In this document: one piece after another, positions 8,681-18,285 of the stretch
Position numbering within the stretch: position 1 is the first letter of the stretch
How the letters are laid out: every line of letters starts with the position of its first letter
Virus record (IMG/VR): IMGVR_UViG_3300025387_000004
Span: 1 to 56,088 of that record
Source of the DNA: a virus
Lineage: Duplodnaviria > Caudoviricetes
Strand: one strand, 5' to 3'
Length of the DNA stretch: 56,088 bases
Position numbers and translations under genes: made by a program
Notes under the pieces: generated by a model
Database searches by the model: none
What the model saw: the letters and a program-made list of their open reading frames with translations, nothing else
What the model was told of the DNA's origin: nothing

Positions 8681-8902
8681 ATGCAAAGCCGCAGACATTC
8701 TCTTTTCGAAGCCGTCATCAACACGGCCTCTGGTTTCGTAATTTCCCTTGTAGTTACAGAGTTCTTATTTCCCGTTTTCGACCTCCACCCATCCTTCGCA
8801 GCAAACTTTTACATCACCACAATCTTCACGATCATTAGCATAATCCGAAGTTACATCTGCCGAAGGATTTTCAATCACCTCCATATAAAAGGAGTTCTGT
8901 GA
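8681..8902 (+). CDS. Small two-TM membrane protein
   Basis: MQSRRHSLFEAVIN..G...IRSY..RRIFN pattern common in phages; hydrophobic segments. Confidence 0.8.
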   Translation: MQSRRHSLFEAVINTASGFVISLVVTEFLFPVFDLHPSFAANFYITTIFTIISIIRSYICRRIFNHLHIKGVL

Positions 8903-9018
8903 TGTTTGTTATTGCGACAATGGCCGCAGGGTCATTCATTTATTACATCTTGACAGGATATGAAGGCGCATTCATGGGCTGGCTTGCTCTCCTCTGCATC
9001 ATTTTAATGTTTGTATAA
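8902..9018 (+). CDS. 38-aa membrane peptide (MFVIATMAAGSFIYYILTGYEGAFMGWLALLCIILMFV)
   Basis: RBS AAGGAG; TGATG overlap; stops 2 nt before the pol ATG. Confidence 0.6.
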   Translation: MFVIATMAAGSFIYYILTGYEGAFMGWLALLCIILMFV

Positions 9019-9020
9019 TC

Positions 9021-10505
9021 ATGCCCATCATCGAAACCTCTATGCTGCAGGAAGGCGTGACCCTTCCAGAAAATGAACAAATCTATAACGGACTCGACTG
9101 TTGTATTACCCACGAAGTGCTTGAGGCCATACGTGGCCTTGGCGAAGCTCCAAAAATCTACAACTTCGCTCGTGCCTTACAGGCCCCTGTTCTCGACATG
9201 ATGCAGAGAGGATTTAAGATCGATGGATATGAAAGATCCAAAGGCATCGAAACACTCGAGAAAGAAATTGAGCGCCTTACGGGTTTGTTGGACCGTCTTG
9301 CAGATGCTGTTTGGGACAAGCCCCTTAAAGCAAACTCACCAAAGATGCTCCAAGAATTCTTCTTCACCCATATGCGAATTCCAGAAATCTGGACCTCAAA
9401 GAAAGGCGAGCGCAAGCTCTCAATGGACCGAGAGGCACTCGAAAAGCTCGACAACTACTATCATGCAAGGCCAATTGTTGCGACTATTCTGGCCATAAGA
9501 GACGCCGTTAAACAACTTTCAGTTCTTCGCACCGAGGTCGATCCAGATGGTAGAATGCGCACTTCATACAATGTTGCGGGCACAGAGACGGGGCGCTTTA
9601 GCAGTTCAACAAACGCTTTTGGCACTGGCACAAACCTACAAAACATCACCGCATCTCTCCGAAAAATGTTCATCGCAGATCCTGGGTATAAAATCTGCGG
9701 GATCGATCTGGAACAAGCTGAAAGCCGTGAAGTTGGATGGCTTTCTGGCATCATTTGCAATGACTGGTCTTACCTTGACGCCTGTTATAGTGGTGATCTC
9801 CATACCCTTGTTGCACAAACAGCTTGGCCTTCCCTCGGATGGGGCTCTGATCCGAAACGCAATCGCCAAATCGCTGACACACCGTTCTACCGAAACCTCA
9901 CCTACCGGGATATGGCAAAGAAACTCGGCCATGGAAGCAATTACCGAGGCCTTCCCCCGACCATGGCTCGACACGCAAAAATCCCCACCGCCACAGCCGA
10001 ACAATTCCAACGAGCCTATTTCGAGCGATTTGCGGGAATACCAAAGTGGCACCGATGGGTTGCTCAACAACTCCAAACAACCCACAGCATCACCACGCCC
10101 CTCGGACGCCAAAGAACATTCTTCGGCCGTGCGAACGACGACACGACGCTCCGGGAAGCGATTGCGTTCTCACCGCAGAGCGCGACGGCGGATAGGCTGA
10201 ACTTAGTCCTTTGGCGAATTTGGAATTACATGCCGCATGTCCAATTGTTAGCGCAGGTGCACGATGCAGCATATATCCAATTTCCAGAACATTTAGATGA
10301 ACAAGAAGTTGTAGCTGAAGCCCTTTCGCATTTCGATATTCCTATGGAAAGCTGTGGGCACAAATTAGTAGTTCCCGGCGAAGCTAAAATAGGCTGGAAT
10401 TGGGGCAATTATCATCCAGACACAAACCCAGATGGATTAAAGAAATGGAGCAAGGACAAGACAGACGCTCGCAAGAGAACTCCAATTTTGCAGCAAAAGT
10501 TGTGA
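9021..10505 (+). CDS. polA: Family A DNA polymerase (ExoIII plus polymerase domain)
   Basis: YNGLD (ExoIII), TETGRFSS, NLQN, motif A DLEQAESR, motif B RDMAKKLGHGSNY, motif C QVHDA. Confidence 0.92.
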   Translation: MPIIETSMLQEGVTLPENEQIYNGLDCCITHEVLEAIRGLGEAPKIYNFARALQAPVLDMMQRGFKIDGYERSKGIETLEKEIERLTGLLDRLADAVWDKPLKANSPKMLQEFFFTHMRIPEIWTSKKGERKLSMDREALEKLDNYYHARPIVATILAIRDAVKQLSVLRTEVDPDGRMRTSYNVAGTETGRFSSSTNAFGTGTNLQNITASLRKMFIADPGYKICGIDLEQAESREVGWLSGIICNDWSYLDACYSGDLHTLVAQTAWPSLGWGSDPKRNRQIADTPFYRNLTYRDMAKKLGHGSNYRGLPPTMARHAKIPTATAEQFQRAYFERFAGIPKWHRWVAQQLQTTHSITTPLGRQRTFFGRANDDTTLREAIAFSPQSATADRLNLVLWRIWNYMPHVQLLAQVHDAAYIQFPEHLDEQEVVAEALSHFDIPMESCGHKLVVPGEAKIGWNWGNYHPDTNPDGLKKWSKDKTDARKRTPILQQKL

Positions 10506-10984
10506 AGATAGATCAAGCCTATCTAAAGCATCACTTAATTTACAATCCAGAAACTGGCCAAGTCTTTAGAAAAAGATCTGGAAAATTAATCACGAGTATT
10601 CACAGTGGGGGGCATTTACAAATCAATTTGAATACAGGGGTTGTTAAATTATTGCACAGAGTGATCTGGTGCTACATGACAGGTAAGTGGCCTTCACAGC
10701 AAATAGATCATATAGATGGCAATCCAAAAAATAATAAGTGGAATAATTTAAGACTTGCTACAAATACTCAAAATTCTCGAAATAGTGCAAAGCCAATAAA
10801 CAACACATCTGGTTATAAAGGTGTGTCCTTTGTTGCTCGCTTAAACAAATACCGCGCAACAATAATGATTGATAGAAAAAGTCTCCATCTCGGATGTTTT
10901 TCTGATCCAAAAGACGCAGCGCAGGCATACAACGAAGCTGCCAAAAAATACTTCGGGGAATTTGCTCTCCTAAACAATATTTAA
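10502..10984 (+). CDS. HNH endonuclease with AP2 DNA-binding domain
   Basis: LHRVIW...IDHIDGNPKNNKWNNLR; NTSGYKGV...HLG.F...AA.AYN; GTGA overlap with the pol stop; AT-rich. Confidence 0.88.
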   Translation: MKIDQAYLKHHLIYNPETGQVFRKRSGKLITSIHSGGHLQINLNTGVVKLLHRVIWCYMTGKWPSQQIDHIDGNPKNNKWNNLRLATNTQNSRNSAKPINNTSGYKGVSFVARLNKYRATIMIDRKSLHLGCFSDPKDAAQAYNEAAKKYFGEFALLNNI

Positions 10985-10999
10985 GAGGGATCTGGGGCC

Positions 11000-12187
11000 G
11001 TGGATTTTGTAGATCAATTTGTAAAGTTTACTGAAGAACGCCCTTCCCCGGAAATTTTCCGTAAGTGGGCCGCAATCACAACGCTATCAGGTGCGCTCGA
11101 AAAGCGCGTCTGGACGATGACAAAAGCAGGTCCACAGTTCGCAAATCTCTACGTGATGCTTGTGGCCCCTCCGGGTGTGGGCAAATCACAGGCGATCAAT
11201 CCTGCAGAGCAGTTGCTGAAGTCCACAAAGAAATACAACATCGCACCAAACAGCGTGACCGCTGCAAGCTTCATTGATGCACTTGTCAAGGCGCATAGGA
11301 CTGTGCTTCTCCCTGACAACAAACTTCTACAATACCATCACATCTTTGTGTTCGCTGCAGAACTCGGAGTCTTTCTCAACACTCACGATCTAAACTTTCT
11401 TTCGATCATTAATGAATTGTTCGATCATAAAGACTCCTACCGGGAAGAACGCAGACATTCGCTCAAAGATCCCATCGACATTCCAAAGCCCATGACAACT
11501 CTCCTTGTGGGATCACAGCCGGGATTTCTTGCCACCTTGCTCCCCGACGCTGCATGGACGATGGGTTGGACCTCACGGATGTTAATGGTGTATTCGTCCA
11601 CTGCCCCCGATGTTCCGCTCTTTGGTGAATACAAAAACCAAGACAAGATCATGTCGGGACTTGTAAAGAAGCTCGATGAAGTCGCAGACTATTATGGTGA
11701 AATGAAATGGGATCAATCCGCGATTGCGGAGATGGAACGCTGGCGTAAAGACAAATGGGCCCCGGTTCCTGACCACCCAAAACTCGCAAACTATCTTCCA
11801 CGTCGCGGGACGATCTTCATGGTCAAGCTCGCAATGGTCGCCGCAATGTCAAGAGGTGAGACGCTTGCCATTAGGTTGCAGGATGTCGAGAGGGCAAGAG
11901 GTTGGTTGTTAGAAATTGAGAGTCTCATGCCTTGCATTTTCCGCGACATGATTATGCGCTCCGACGATCAAGTTATCGAAGAAGTCTTCCAGTATTCTTT
12001 CGAGATATATTTAAAGCACCGGACGCCGCTTGCATCCGCTCAGATCCTGCGCTTTTTAGCTCAACGCACTCCCGCCGAAAAGGCCGAACGGATTTTGTCT
12101 TTGATGGAAAAGTCTGGGATTTTTGAGCGTGTGGCGGGCACGGAAACTTACATTCCTCGCGCCCGCAATATGCACGGATTAGCATAA
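11000..12187 (+). CDS. AAA+ replicative helicase-like protein (DUF3987/YfjI-like), no primase domain
   Basis: NLYVMLVAPPGVGKS Walker A; FAAELG Walker B-like; GWTSR. Confidence 0.7.
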   Translation: MDFVDQFVKFTEERPSPEIFRKWAAITTLSGALEKRVWTMTKAGPQFANLYVMLVAPPGVGKSQAINPAEQLLKSTKKYNIAPNSVTAASFIDALVKAHRTVLLPDNKLLQYHHIFVFAAELGVFLNTHDLNFLSIINELFDHKDSYREERRHSLKDPIDIPKPMTTLLVGSQPGFLATLLPDAAWTMGWTSRMLMVYSSTAPDVPLFGEYKNQDKIMSGLVKKLDEVADYYGEMKWDQSAIAEMERWRKDKWAPVPDHPKLANYLPRRGTIFMVKLAMVAAMSRGETLAIRLQDVERARGWLLEIESLMPCIFRDMIMRSDDQVIEEVFQYSFEIYLKHRTPLASAQILRFLAQRTPAEKAERILSLMEKSGIFERVAGTETYIPRARNMHGLA

Positions 12188-12199
12188 CATTAAATTCTT

Positions 12200-12234
12200 A
12201 GACCCATTCTATACTGAGTCTAAAGTGGGCTTAA
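12200..12234 (+). promoter_or_regulatory. Dyad element copy B, at the convergence of the two transcription arms
   Basis: AGACCCATTCTATACTGAGTCTAAAGTGGGCTTAA. Confidence 0.7.
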
Positions 12235-13373
12235 TATTTTATGCAGTAAAGCAAAGATGCGTTTGCAGGAGCAGTTTCTGTTGCACCACCTGTTGTTGAC
12301 GTGTTCACGGAGATACCAGTTGTGTTTGAATAAGTATTTCCAGCAACATTTCCCGGAGAAGCTTGAGTTCCGAAAGACTCAAATCTACTTACAGAGCCCG
12401 CAGCTCCGGTAGCAAAACCAGTGCTGTTTGCAGAAAGAGAATGAGCATGACCCGGATCTGTTACGGTATGCGCGTGATTTAAATATGTATCACTTACATA
12501 AGAACCTAAAATACCAGTAGGGTATCCACCTGCAGTTAAATTAACAGCAGCGTTCGCCCCTGCACCTCTCACAAATACACCTCGCAAATCTGGTAACACA
12601 ACATATCCAGCACTTGTTCCCCAAGTTGTGCCGATTGCGTTATAAAGTGCAGAATAAATTGAGGCAGAAACCGGAGCTCCGTTTGCAGGAAGCCAGCCTG
12701 ACGGACATGTTCCCATCGCAAAAGTTCGAACTTCTCCACTATATGATTGAGTATTATTGGTCACAAGTTGAAGTTGGCCAGATGTAGAATAATAAGTCAC
12801 ACCAATGACATTGCCTGCAGCGACTTCACCTCCAGAAAGAAGTGAGGTGCCACCGGTTGTTGTCTTTACGACAGCAAGTAGAGTTCCAGCATTTACAGAA
12901 AGTGTGAGGTTTGATGTATTGGTGTAACCAGCAACAAAGTAAAAAGTCTGCCCATTAATTTTCGCAAACCCCGGAATAGTTACTGTTTGTGCATTAGCAG
13001 TTCCACCGGAAGTTCCACCCCACCCAATCGATGATGTGCTTGCAGTTTCACCCGTTTGTTTTGTCCAGATAGTATTGCCGTAGTAGTCTTTTAAAATCTG
13101 ACAATAAGAACCGGAGCCAAAAATTGTAGCACGACCAGCTGCATCCAAAACAACAGGATTAGTATTGAGCATTGTCTGTTCAGCATTCTGCCATGTATTT
13201 GACAAAACAGAGCAAGTTGGAAAGTCAGAATAAAATGTTACTGTTCCCGAAGCGTAAGGTTTTCCGTTCCCGTCAATGAATTGCTGCTGGCCATTAGGCA
13301 AAAGAGTAGCAGATTGCAGACTTGAACTTGAAAGTAAAAAGGCAAGAAGCCCTGCTGTTGTTCTTTTCATCAT
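12231..13373 (-). CDS. Tail fibre with N-terminal virion-attachment domain and C-terminal tail collar domain
   Basis: QFIDGNGKP...TNPVVLDAAGRA; GEVRTFA...PSGWL.ANG...LPDLRGVFVRG collar motif; signal-peptide-like N-terminus. Confidence 0.8.
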   Translation of the reverse strand: MMKRTTAGLLAFLLSSSSLQSATLLPNGQQQFIDGNGKPYASGTVTFYSDFPTCSVLSNTWQNAEQTMLNTNPVVLDAAGRATIFGSGSYCQILKDYYGNTIWTKQTGETASTSSIGWGGTSGGTANAQTVTIPGFAKINGQTFYFVAGYTNTSNLTLSVNAGTLLAVVKTTTGGTSLLSGGEVAAGNVIGVTYYSTSGQLQLVTNNTQSYSGEVRTFAMGTCPSGWLPANGAPVSASIYSALYNAIGTTWGTSAGYVVLPDLRGVFVRGAGANAAVNLTAGGYPTGILGSYVSDTYLNHAHTVTDPGHAHSLSANSTGFATGAAGSVSRFESFGTQASPGNVAGNTYSNTTGISVNTSTTGGATETAPANASLLYCIKY

Positions 13374-15787
13374 TCTTCCCCTGCCAATGGATTAAGTGAA
13401 ACCGCACCGCGAATTACAGGTCGCGCAGCTCTACGTTTCTCTTTTCCGAAAGTTTCTGCAAATACTTGCTTACGAACTGCAGGGCTTTTAAGGGCTCGTG
13501 CAGACATTAAGTCTTTCGCAAACCCTGTCGTCGCTAGTCCTGCAAGAGCGGTTGGAAGGGCGTATTGGAAAAGAGGCCCGCCAGCTGCCGCAATGTCGGA
13601 AATGCCCGGAGCAAAAATCGCGCCCGCAGGTGTGCCCATTGCAAGTGGTCGCCAATTTTGTTTCACCGTGCGCCAGATGTTGCTTGGGGTAAAATCAAAA
13701 CCTTGACTTGGGAATGGGGTGGCCGCGCCGGAAGGTTCAGTTCCGCGCATGAATTCACCTACAGGTGCAAGGTCTTTAAGACGTGATGTCGAGCCTTTTT
13801 TATCAACCGACTTTGCGATAGCTCTTGGATCAGCAATCCCGCTGGTTGTGGTATGCGGATCGACGTTGATAATGTCACGATACCTTGAACGAAGGCCCGC
13901 CCATTCCTTTGCAGCTTTTGGATTGTTATCCGCAAGCATTTCAAACATCACATTGCGAAGTTCGCCGCCATAATATTTCTTGATGGAGTTTGATGCAGCG
14001 GAAAGCTGGCGATCAATCAATCCACCTTTTTGTGTGTATTTCTGGAATACTTTGCCGTTTAATTGCCCAGAGGCAAGGTCCATTCCGATGTCATGGATGA
14101 TCCCTTGCACAATCTTTCGAATGTTATCGTCACGAAGGGTGAAGGAGTCTTGATAAATATTGTAAAGATCGTTTGCAGTTTTAGTGTTTGCACGAAGCGG
14201 GGCAACGCCTGCCGCGACAGCGCTCATTTTACTTCCAACATCTTGCGCAGCTTTTTCAACTTCCGCAGGTGTAAGGTCTTTCGCGCCGATGATCTTTGCG
14301 ACCTCTTCAGAAAACCTTTTGTTTTGTTCGTTGAGGAGTGATTGTGGGGCAGTTTTACGGAAGAATTCTTCCGCCTCACCTTTTGCAAATTGGCCGGGAT
14401 AAACAGGAATGTTGAATTCCTCAAGCGCCCGTTGTCCGACTTGACGTGGACCGGCTTCCCATTCCGGGGCTAACGCTCCGCCAGCCCGTGGTGAAACCAA
14501 CTTCGAAAGTGCAGGGCCAAGCGTTCCGCCTAAAAGAGCACTTGTTCCAAACTGTTCTGAAAGTGGGGTTTCTGTATCACCGAGTGATCCACCCATCGCA
14601 CGACTTGCAGCTTCAATCCCTGTTTGTGTCACACCTTGAAGTGCACCCTGCGCACCGGCAGACCCAATCCTTGTTGCTGTCCCCGCGAGTCCTGGCATTT
14701 GTTCAGCCACTTGCGGGATCGCTTGGCCAGCCTCACCACCTAAAAATCTCATTGCTTGTGGAACATAAGGTGCGACAGCGGGTGCAACCATCGGGGCAAC
14801 CCGTTCAGCGACCTGACCTAAAACCTGCCCGGCTCTTGCCAATGGGATCGTTGTTGTGGCAACAGAGCCCAAACCTTCCGCGCCATAGCCAGAAAGTGGA
14901 TTTTCTAAATTGTAAAGGCGACGTTGTTCTTGGAGTTCCGCGAGACGTTGTTGGTAACGCTCTTGGTTCATGGCATGTCTGCCGCCAACAAACGGATTAT
15001 AACCAGCCTCAAAAGCGGCTTGGATTTGTGGAGCAAAACCTAACGTCGCGCCGGTCGCAAGGGAATGACCAACTCCCCATTCTGGCGCAAGTTCACCACG
15101 GGGAATACGATCCTCTCCGCGAAGCCCTGCGAATTGGTTTAAGGTTGTAAGACGCCCTGCGAAGTTGTGCCCAGCGGTTGGATTTTCTGGACTGTAGCCT
15201 GCAGGCCGTTCGAAGTGCATCTGGGCAATTGCAAGATCACGGGCGTTTTTAGCATTTTGCACAAGGTTGTATTCTGGCCTTGAGCGCAACTCCTGTAAGG
15301 CGAAAGCATTTTGTTGTTGCCATGACGGATATTCCGCGCCAGCAAACTTCCGCATCGCATCAAGGCGCTCTAATCTATGCCCATACAAGCCATAGCCTGT
15401 GTTTTGGTCGTGCTTTGCAGCTGGATTTAATTCGCTTTCCGAAGCAGCGGCAGAAGTTAGTAAGTGCGCCTCGTTAGGAGAGGCCCCAATGCTCAAAAGG
15501 TGTTGGTATTGTTGAGCGGGGCTAAGATGCCCTGCGGCCTTTGGCCTACCGTATTCCCCTAAATACGAAATATTGACATTGCCAAGAGGTTCGCCCTTCG
15601 CCCTTGCCTGTTGGGCTTGGCGCTCTGTGGCCGTCGATCCCTCTGGCGCTCGCCCTTCATGCTTTTCAGCCCAATAAGCATCTAAGGCACTCATGGGGGC
15701 AGATGCAGAAGGAGCAGGGGCTGGTATTGAAGGAGTGTCCACCCCTTCCTCATGGTGTTTTTTCCAGTAGTCGTCGAGAGCTGACAT
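13370..15787 (-). CDS. Large ejection/internal virion protein with phage-tail-lysozyme-like domain
   Basis: ESELNP.A....GYGLYG...R...QQ..F..QEL...FERP; position after the other ejection genes. Confidence 0.75.
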   Translation of the reverse strand: MSALDDYWKKHHEEGVDTPSIPAPAPSASAPMSALDAYWAEKHEGRAPEGSTATERQAQQARAKGEPLGNVNISYLGEYGRPKAAGHLSPAQQYQHLLSIGASPNEAHLLTSAAASESELNPAAKHDQNTGYGLYGHRLERLDAMRKFAGAEYPSWQQQNAFALQELRSRPEYNLVQNAKNARDLAIAQMHFERPAGYSPENPTAGHNFAGRLTTLNQFAGLRGEDRIPRGELAPEWGVGHSLATGATLGFAPQIQAAFEAGYNPFVGGRHAMNQERYQQRLAELQEQRRLYNLENPLSGYGAEGLGSVATTTIPLARAGQVLGQVAERVAPMVAPAVAPYVPQAMRFLGGEAGQAIPQVAEQMPGLAGTATRIGSAGAQGALQGVTQTGIEAASRAMGGSLGDTETPLSEQFGTSALLGGTLGPALSKLVSPRAGGALAPEWEAGPRQVGQRALEEFNIPVYPGQFAKGEAEEFFRKTAPQSLLNEQNKRFSEEVAKIIGAKDLTPAEVEKAAQDVGSKMSAVAAGVAPLRANTKTANDLYNIYQDSFTLRDDNIRKIVQGIIHDIGMDLASGQLNGKVFQKYTQKGGLIDRQLSAASNSIKKYYGGELRNVMFEMLADNNPKAAKEWAGLRSRYRDIINVDPHTTTSGIADPRAIAKSVDKKGSTSRLKDLAPVGEFMRGTEPSGAATPFPSQGFDFTPSNIWRTVKQNWRPLAMGTPAGAIFAPGISDIAAAGGPLFQYALPTALAGLATTGFAKDLMSARALKSPAVRKQVFAETFGKEKRRAARPVIRGAVSLNPLAGEE

Positions 15788-17331
15788 TATTCTGGCTCCT
15801 CAAACTTTATCCTACCCGACTCTTTTAGATAATTATTCCAGTCTTCATTGAACTTATTCGCCACAAAACCTCTTTCACGATCAGTTCTGTATTTTTTATT
15901 CCAACGATTGAAATGTTCTTGGCGCTCAAGAGCAGATGTATTGACCTTTTCTACATAATCTAACATGCGCTTAATACCGCCGGGAGAAGAAGCTAACCCC
16001 GGAAATATATCCATAAACTTCAAAGTCTCCAATTGCCCAATTTTATTGGAAGCGCCTACTGCAGTTCGTAATCCAGCAATTGCCGAAACTGCCGCTAATT
16101 TTTCAAAGGCTTCTGCAGCGCCGACCCATTCTCTTGGATTATCTGATCCTGTGACGACTTCGCCAGCTTTTTCTAGCAACTTACTTGCATATTTCCGCAT
16201 AGGAGAGTCTTCAGCTTCTCCTCCGATAGCATTTTGAGCATCTATCAATAGTTTAGTTGCCGACTTTCGCATTGGAGCAGTTGGTCCTGTGCCTGACTGC
16301 CCAAGACCTTCAATGTCTTTCAACAAACTTCTTGTTTCTGAGATGGCTTGCTGACTTCCAGTTGCACTTTGTGCAGCCTCACCAATCTCTTGTCCGAGTT
16401 TTGCATAATCCCCTTCACCTTTTTGGAAGGCAATTTCTCGCTGTGCTGCAACTGGAGCTTCTTGAAGGTATTTGTATTGGGTGGCAGGAGCCCCAGAGGG
16501 TTGAGGCCCCTGCCGAGCCACGCCAGCAGCGGGAGGAGCCGACCCGCCCTGCGCAGCATTCATTGGTTCTCCCATAAGATCGGCAGCACCTTCTGGCAGC
16601 GCACCTTGAACCTTGTAGGCAGGAACCTTTATTTTCTGTCCGTATGTTGGAGAGTCAGGGTTGTCGTCAAAGGTTTCAACTGGAGCCGTAAGTTGGGCTA
16701 ATGTGGTCCCAGTTGCCCTAATCCCTTCAATTCCTTTTGGTGCTGAAAGTGCGTAAGTGCGGGCCATGTCATCAAACTTCTGCCCGCCGTCAATCGCTTG
16801 ATTGTAATGCAAGAGAGTCTTTGCTGCTTCATTACCTCGACCCACCGTGCCAGCTGCAATTTGTTGTGCTACAACATCAGCTGCTGCTTGTTTATCAGCC
16901 TCCTTACCTTTCAACCCTTTTCTCATTTTTTCAGCATAAACTGCTGAAAAAATCCCAGCATTTGTATCTAACTTTTTCTCAGCATTTGCTAATTGCTGTC
17001 CAAGAATTTGTTCTTCTATATGCTTGTTGTTCAGCATGAGTGTCATAATCTCGCCCATGATTGGGCGGATTTCTGGAACAGTTGATGCGTGGATGAGAAA
17101 ATCTTCGTTGTTAAGATCGCCAGTTTCTGGGTCCACATGATGCTGCATTAACTGGCCGAGCGCCTGCTTTGCAACAAATTGTTGTTGTTGAATAGCTGCC
17201 GCTTGTTCTGCACGGCGAGTTTCAGCATTCCGCAAAGCAATGCCTTGCATCTGCGACATCATTTCCAAAGGATTACTTTCTGTAAACCTTGGGCCTTCTG
17301 GAGCTTGTGGGTATGGAATTTCGCCAGCCAT
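15787..17331 (-). CDS. Putative DNA ejection protein
   Basis: Helical Ala/Gln-rich; synteny with P22 gp7-gp20-gp16. Confidence 0.65.
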   Translation of the reverse strand: MAGEIPYPQAPEGPRFTESNPLEMMSQMQGIALRNAETRRAEQAAAIQQQQFVAKQALGQLMQHHVDPETGDLNNEDFLIHASTVPEIRPIMGEIMTLMLNNKHIEEQILGQQLANAEKKLDTNAGIFSAVYAEKMRKGLKGKEADKQAAADVVAQQIAAGTVGRGNEAAKTLLHYNQAIDGGQKFDDMARTYALSAPKGIEGIRATGTTLAQLTAPVETFDDNPDSPTYGQKIKVPAYKVQGALPEGAADLMGEPMNAAQGGSAPPAAGVARQGPQPSGAPATQYKYLQEAPVAAQREIAFQKGEGDYAKLGQEIGEAAQSATGSQQAISETRSLLKDIEGLGQSGTGPTAPMRKSATKLLIDAQNAIGGEAEDSPMRKYASKLLEKAGEVVTGSDNPREWVGAAEAFEKLAAVSAIAGLRTAVGASNKIGQLETLKFMDIFPGLASSPGGIKRMLDYVEKVNTSALERQEHFNRWNKKYRTDRERGFVANKFNEDWNNYLKESGRIKFEEPE

Positions 17332-17343
17332 CTTAAAGTCCCT

Positions 17344-18276
17344 TTAGTAAACAGAGCCGCTTGCGGTCATCTGAGGCCCATAACCCATTCCGCTGCTACC
17401 AGAAAGTGCATTTCCAAACTCCAACGGCCCTTTGTAACCAGCTGCTCCAAAGATTGCCGCAGGTAATCCAAATGCTGCGCTACTATAATTGTTCGCGCCC
17501 GCACCTGTCCCGGCATTTTGGCCATACATCTGCGCCATTATTGGGAGAGATGCGGTAGAACTTAGGCCAGATGCAATCCCACCATAAAGCGCATTTGTTC
17601 CTTGGGCCTGTGCATTTGCTGCGCCCATCACACCTTGACCAAGTGCCGTGCCTGCACCCATCATCGCATTTCCAGTCAACTGGCCAGTTTGTAAAGCCGC
17701 TTGCCCCAACTGCCCTGCCGCCTGCGCGCCCAGCTGTGAAGGCTGGAATAGCATGTTATAGGCTTGAAGGTTTTGGTTCATATAGTTTTGGACTTGTTGC
17801 TGGAATGTTTGGGAAGCAAGACCTGTTGCAGTTTGGCCGATTTGCTGCACAAGATTTCCAGATGTGCCGAGGCCCTGTGCTGCTCCAGAATTTGTCATGG
17901 CACCAAGGGTTTGCTGTTTCGCCCATTGATAGCCCGGAGTTTGTTCCAGCTGGGCTTGAGTAGGCTGAAAGGTAGACATAAGCGTATCGCCGCCCCCGCC
18001 GATACCTGCAGTTTTTGCAGCATTCCCTGTCAAATAACTTTGCAGGGTGTTCATGGAAGTTTGGCCAGCTTGAACGTAAGGGTTCAAGGCCGCTTTTGCT
18101 TGATTAAAATACTGGGCGTAATTTTGTTGAGCTTGGCCTGCGGCAAGGGCCTGCCAAAGTGCGGCATTTTGCGCACCACCAGCTTGAATATTGGACGCTT
18201 GCTGTCCCCCAAATCCTTTTAGGAGATTTCCCGCCAGCAATCCGCCGCCCATCATGGCTATATTTACGGGGTCCAT
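17344..18276 (-). CDS. DNA transfer/pilot protein (P22 gp7-like)
   Basis: Gly/Ala/Gln-rich; LNPY..AG, TPGYQW, SGN motifs; synteny. Confidence 0.75.
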   Translation of the reverse strand: MDPVNIAMMGGGLLAGNLLKGFGGQQASNIQAGGAQNAALWQALAAGQAQQNYAQYFNQAKAALNPYVQAGQTSMNTLQSYLTGNAAKTAGIGGGGDTLMSTFQPTQAQLEQTPGYQWAKQQTLGAMTNSGAAQGLGTSGNLVQQIGQTATGLASQTFQQQVQNYMNQNLQAYNMLFQPSQLGAQAAGQLGQAALQTGQLTGNAMMGAGTALGQGVMGAANAQAQGTNALYGGIASGLSSTASLPIMAQMYGQNAGTGAGANNYSSAAFGLPAAIFGAAGYKGPLEFGNALSGSSGMGYGPQMTASGSVY

Positions 18277-18285
18277 ATTAATCTC

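Noticed and set aside
8681-9020. Intron or intein interrupting polA
   Set aside because: The gap is filled by two RBS-coupled TM ORFs; no group I/II core or split-intein termini are visible.
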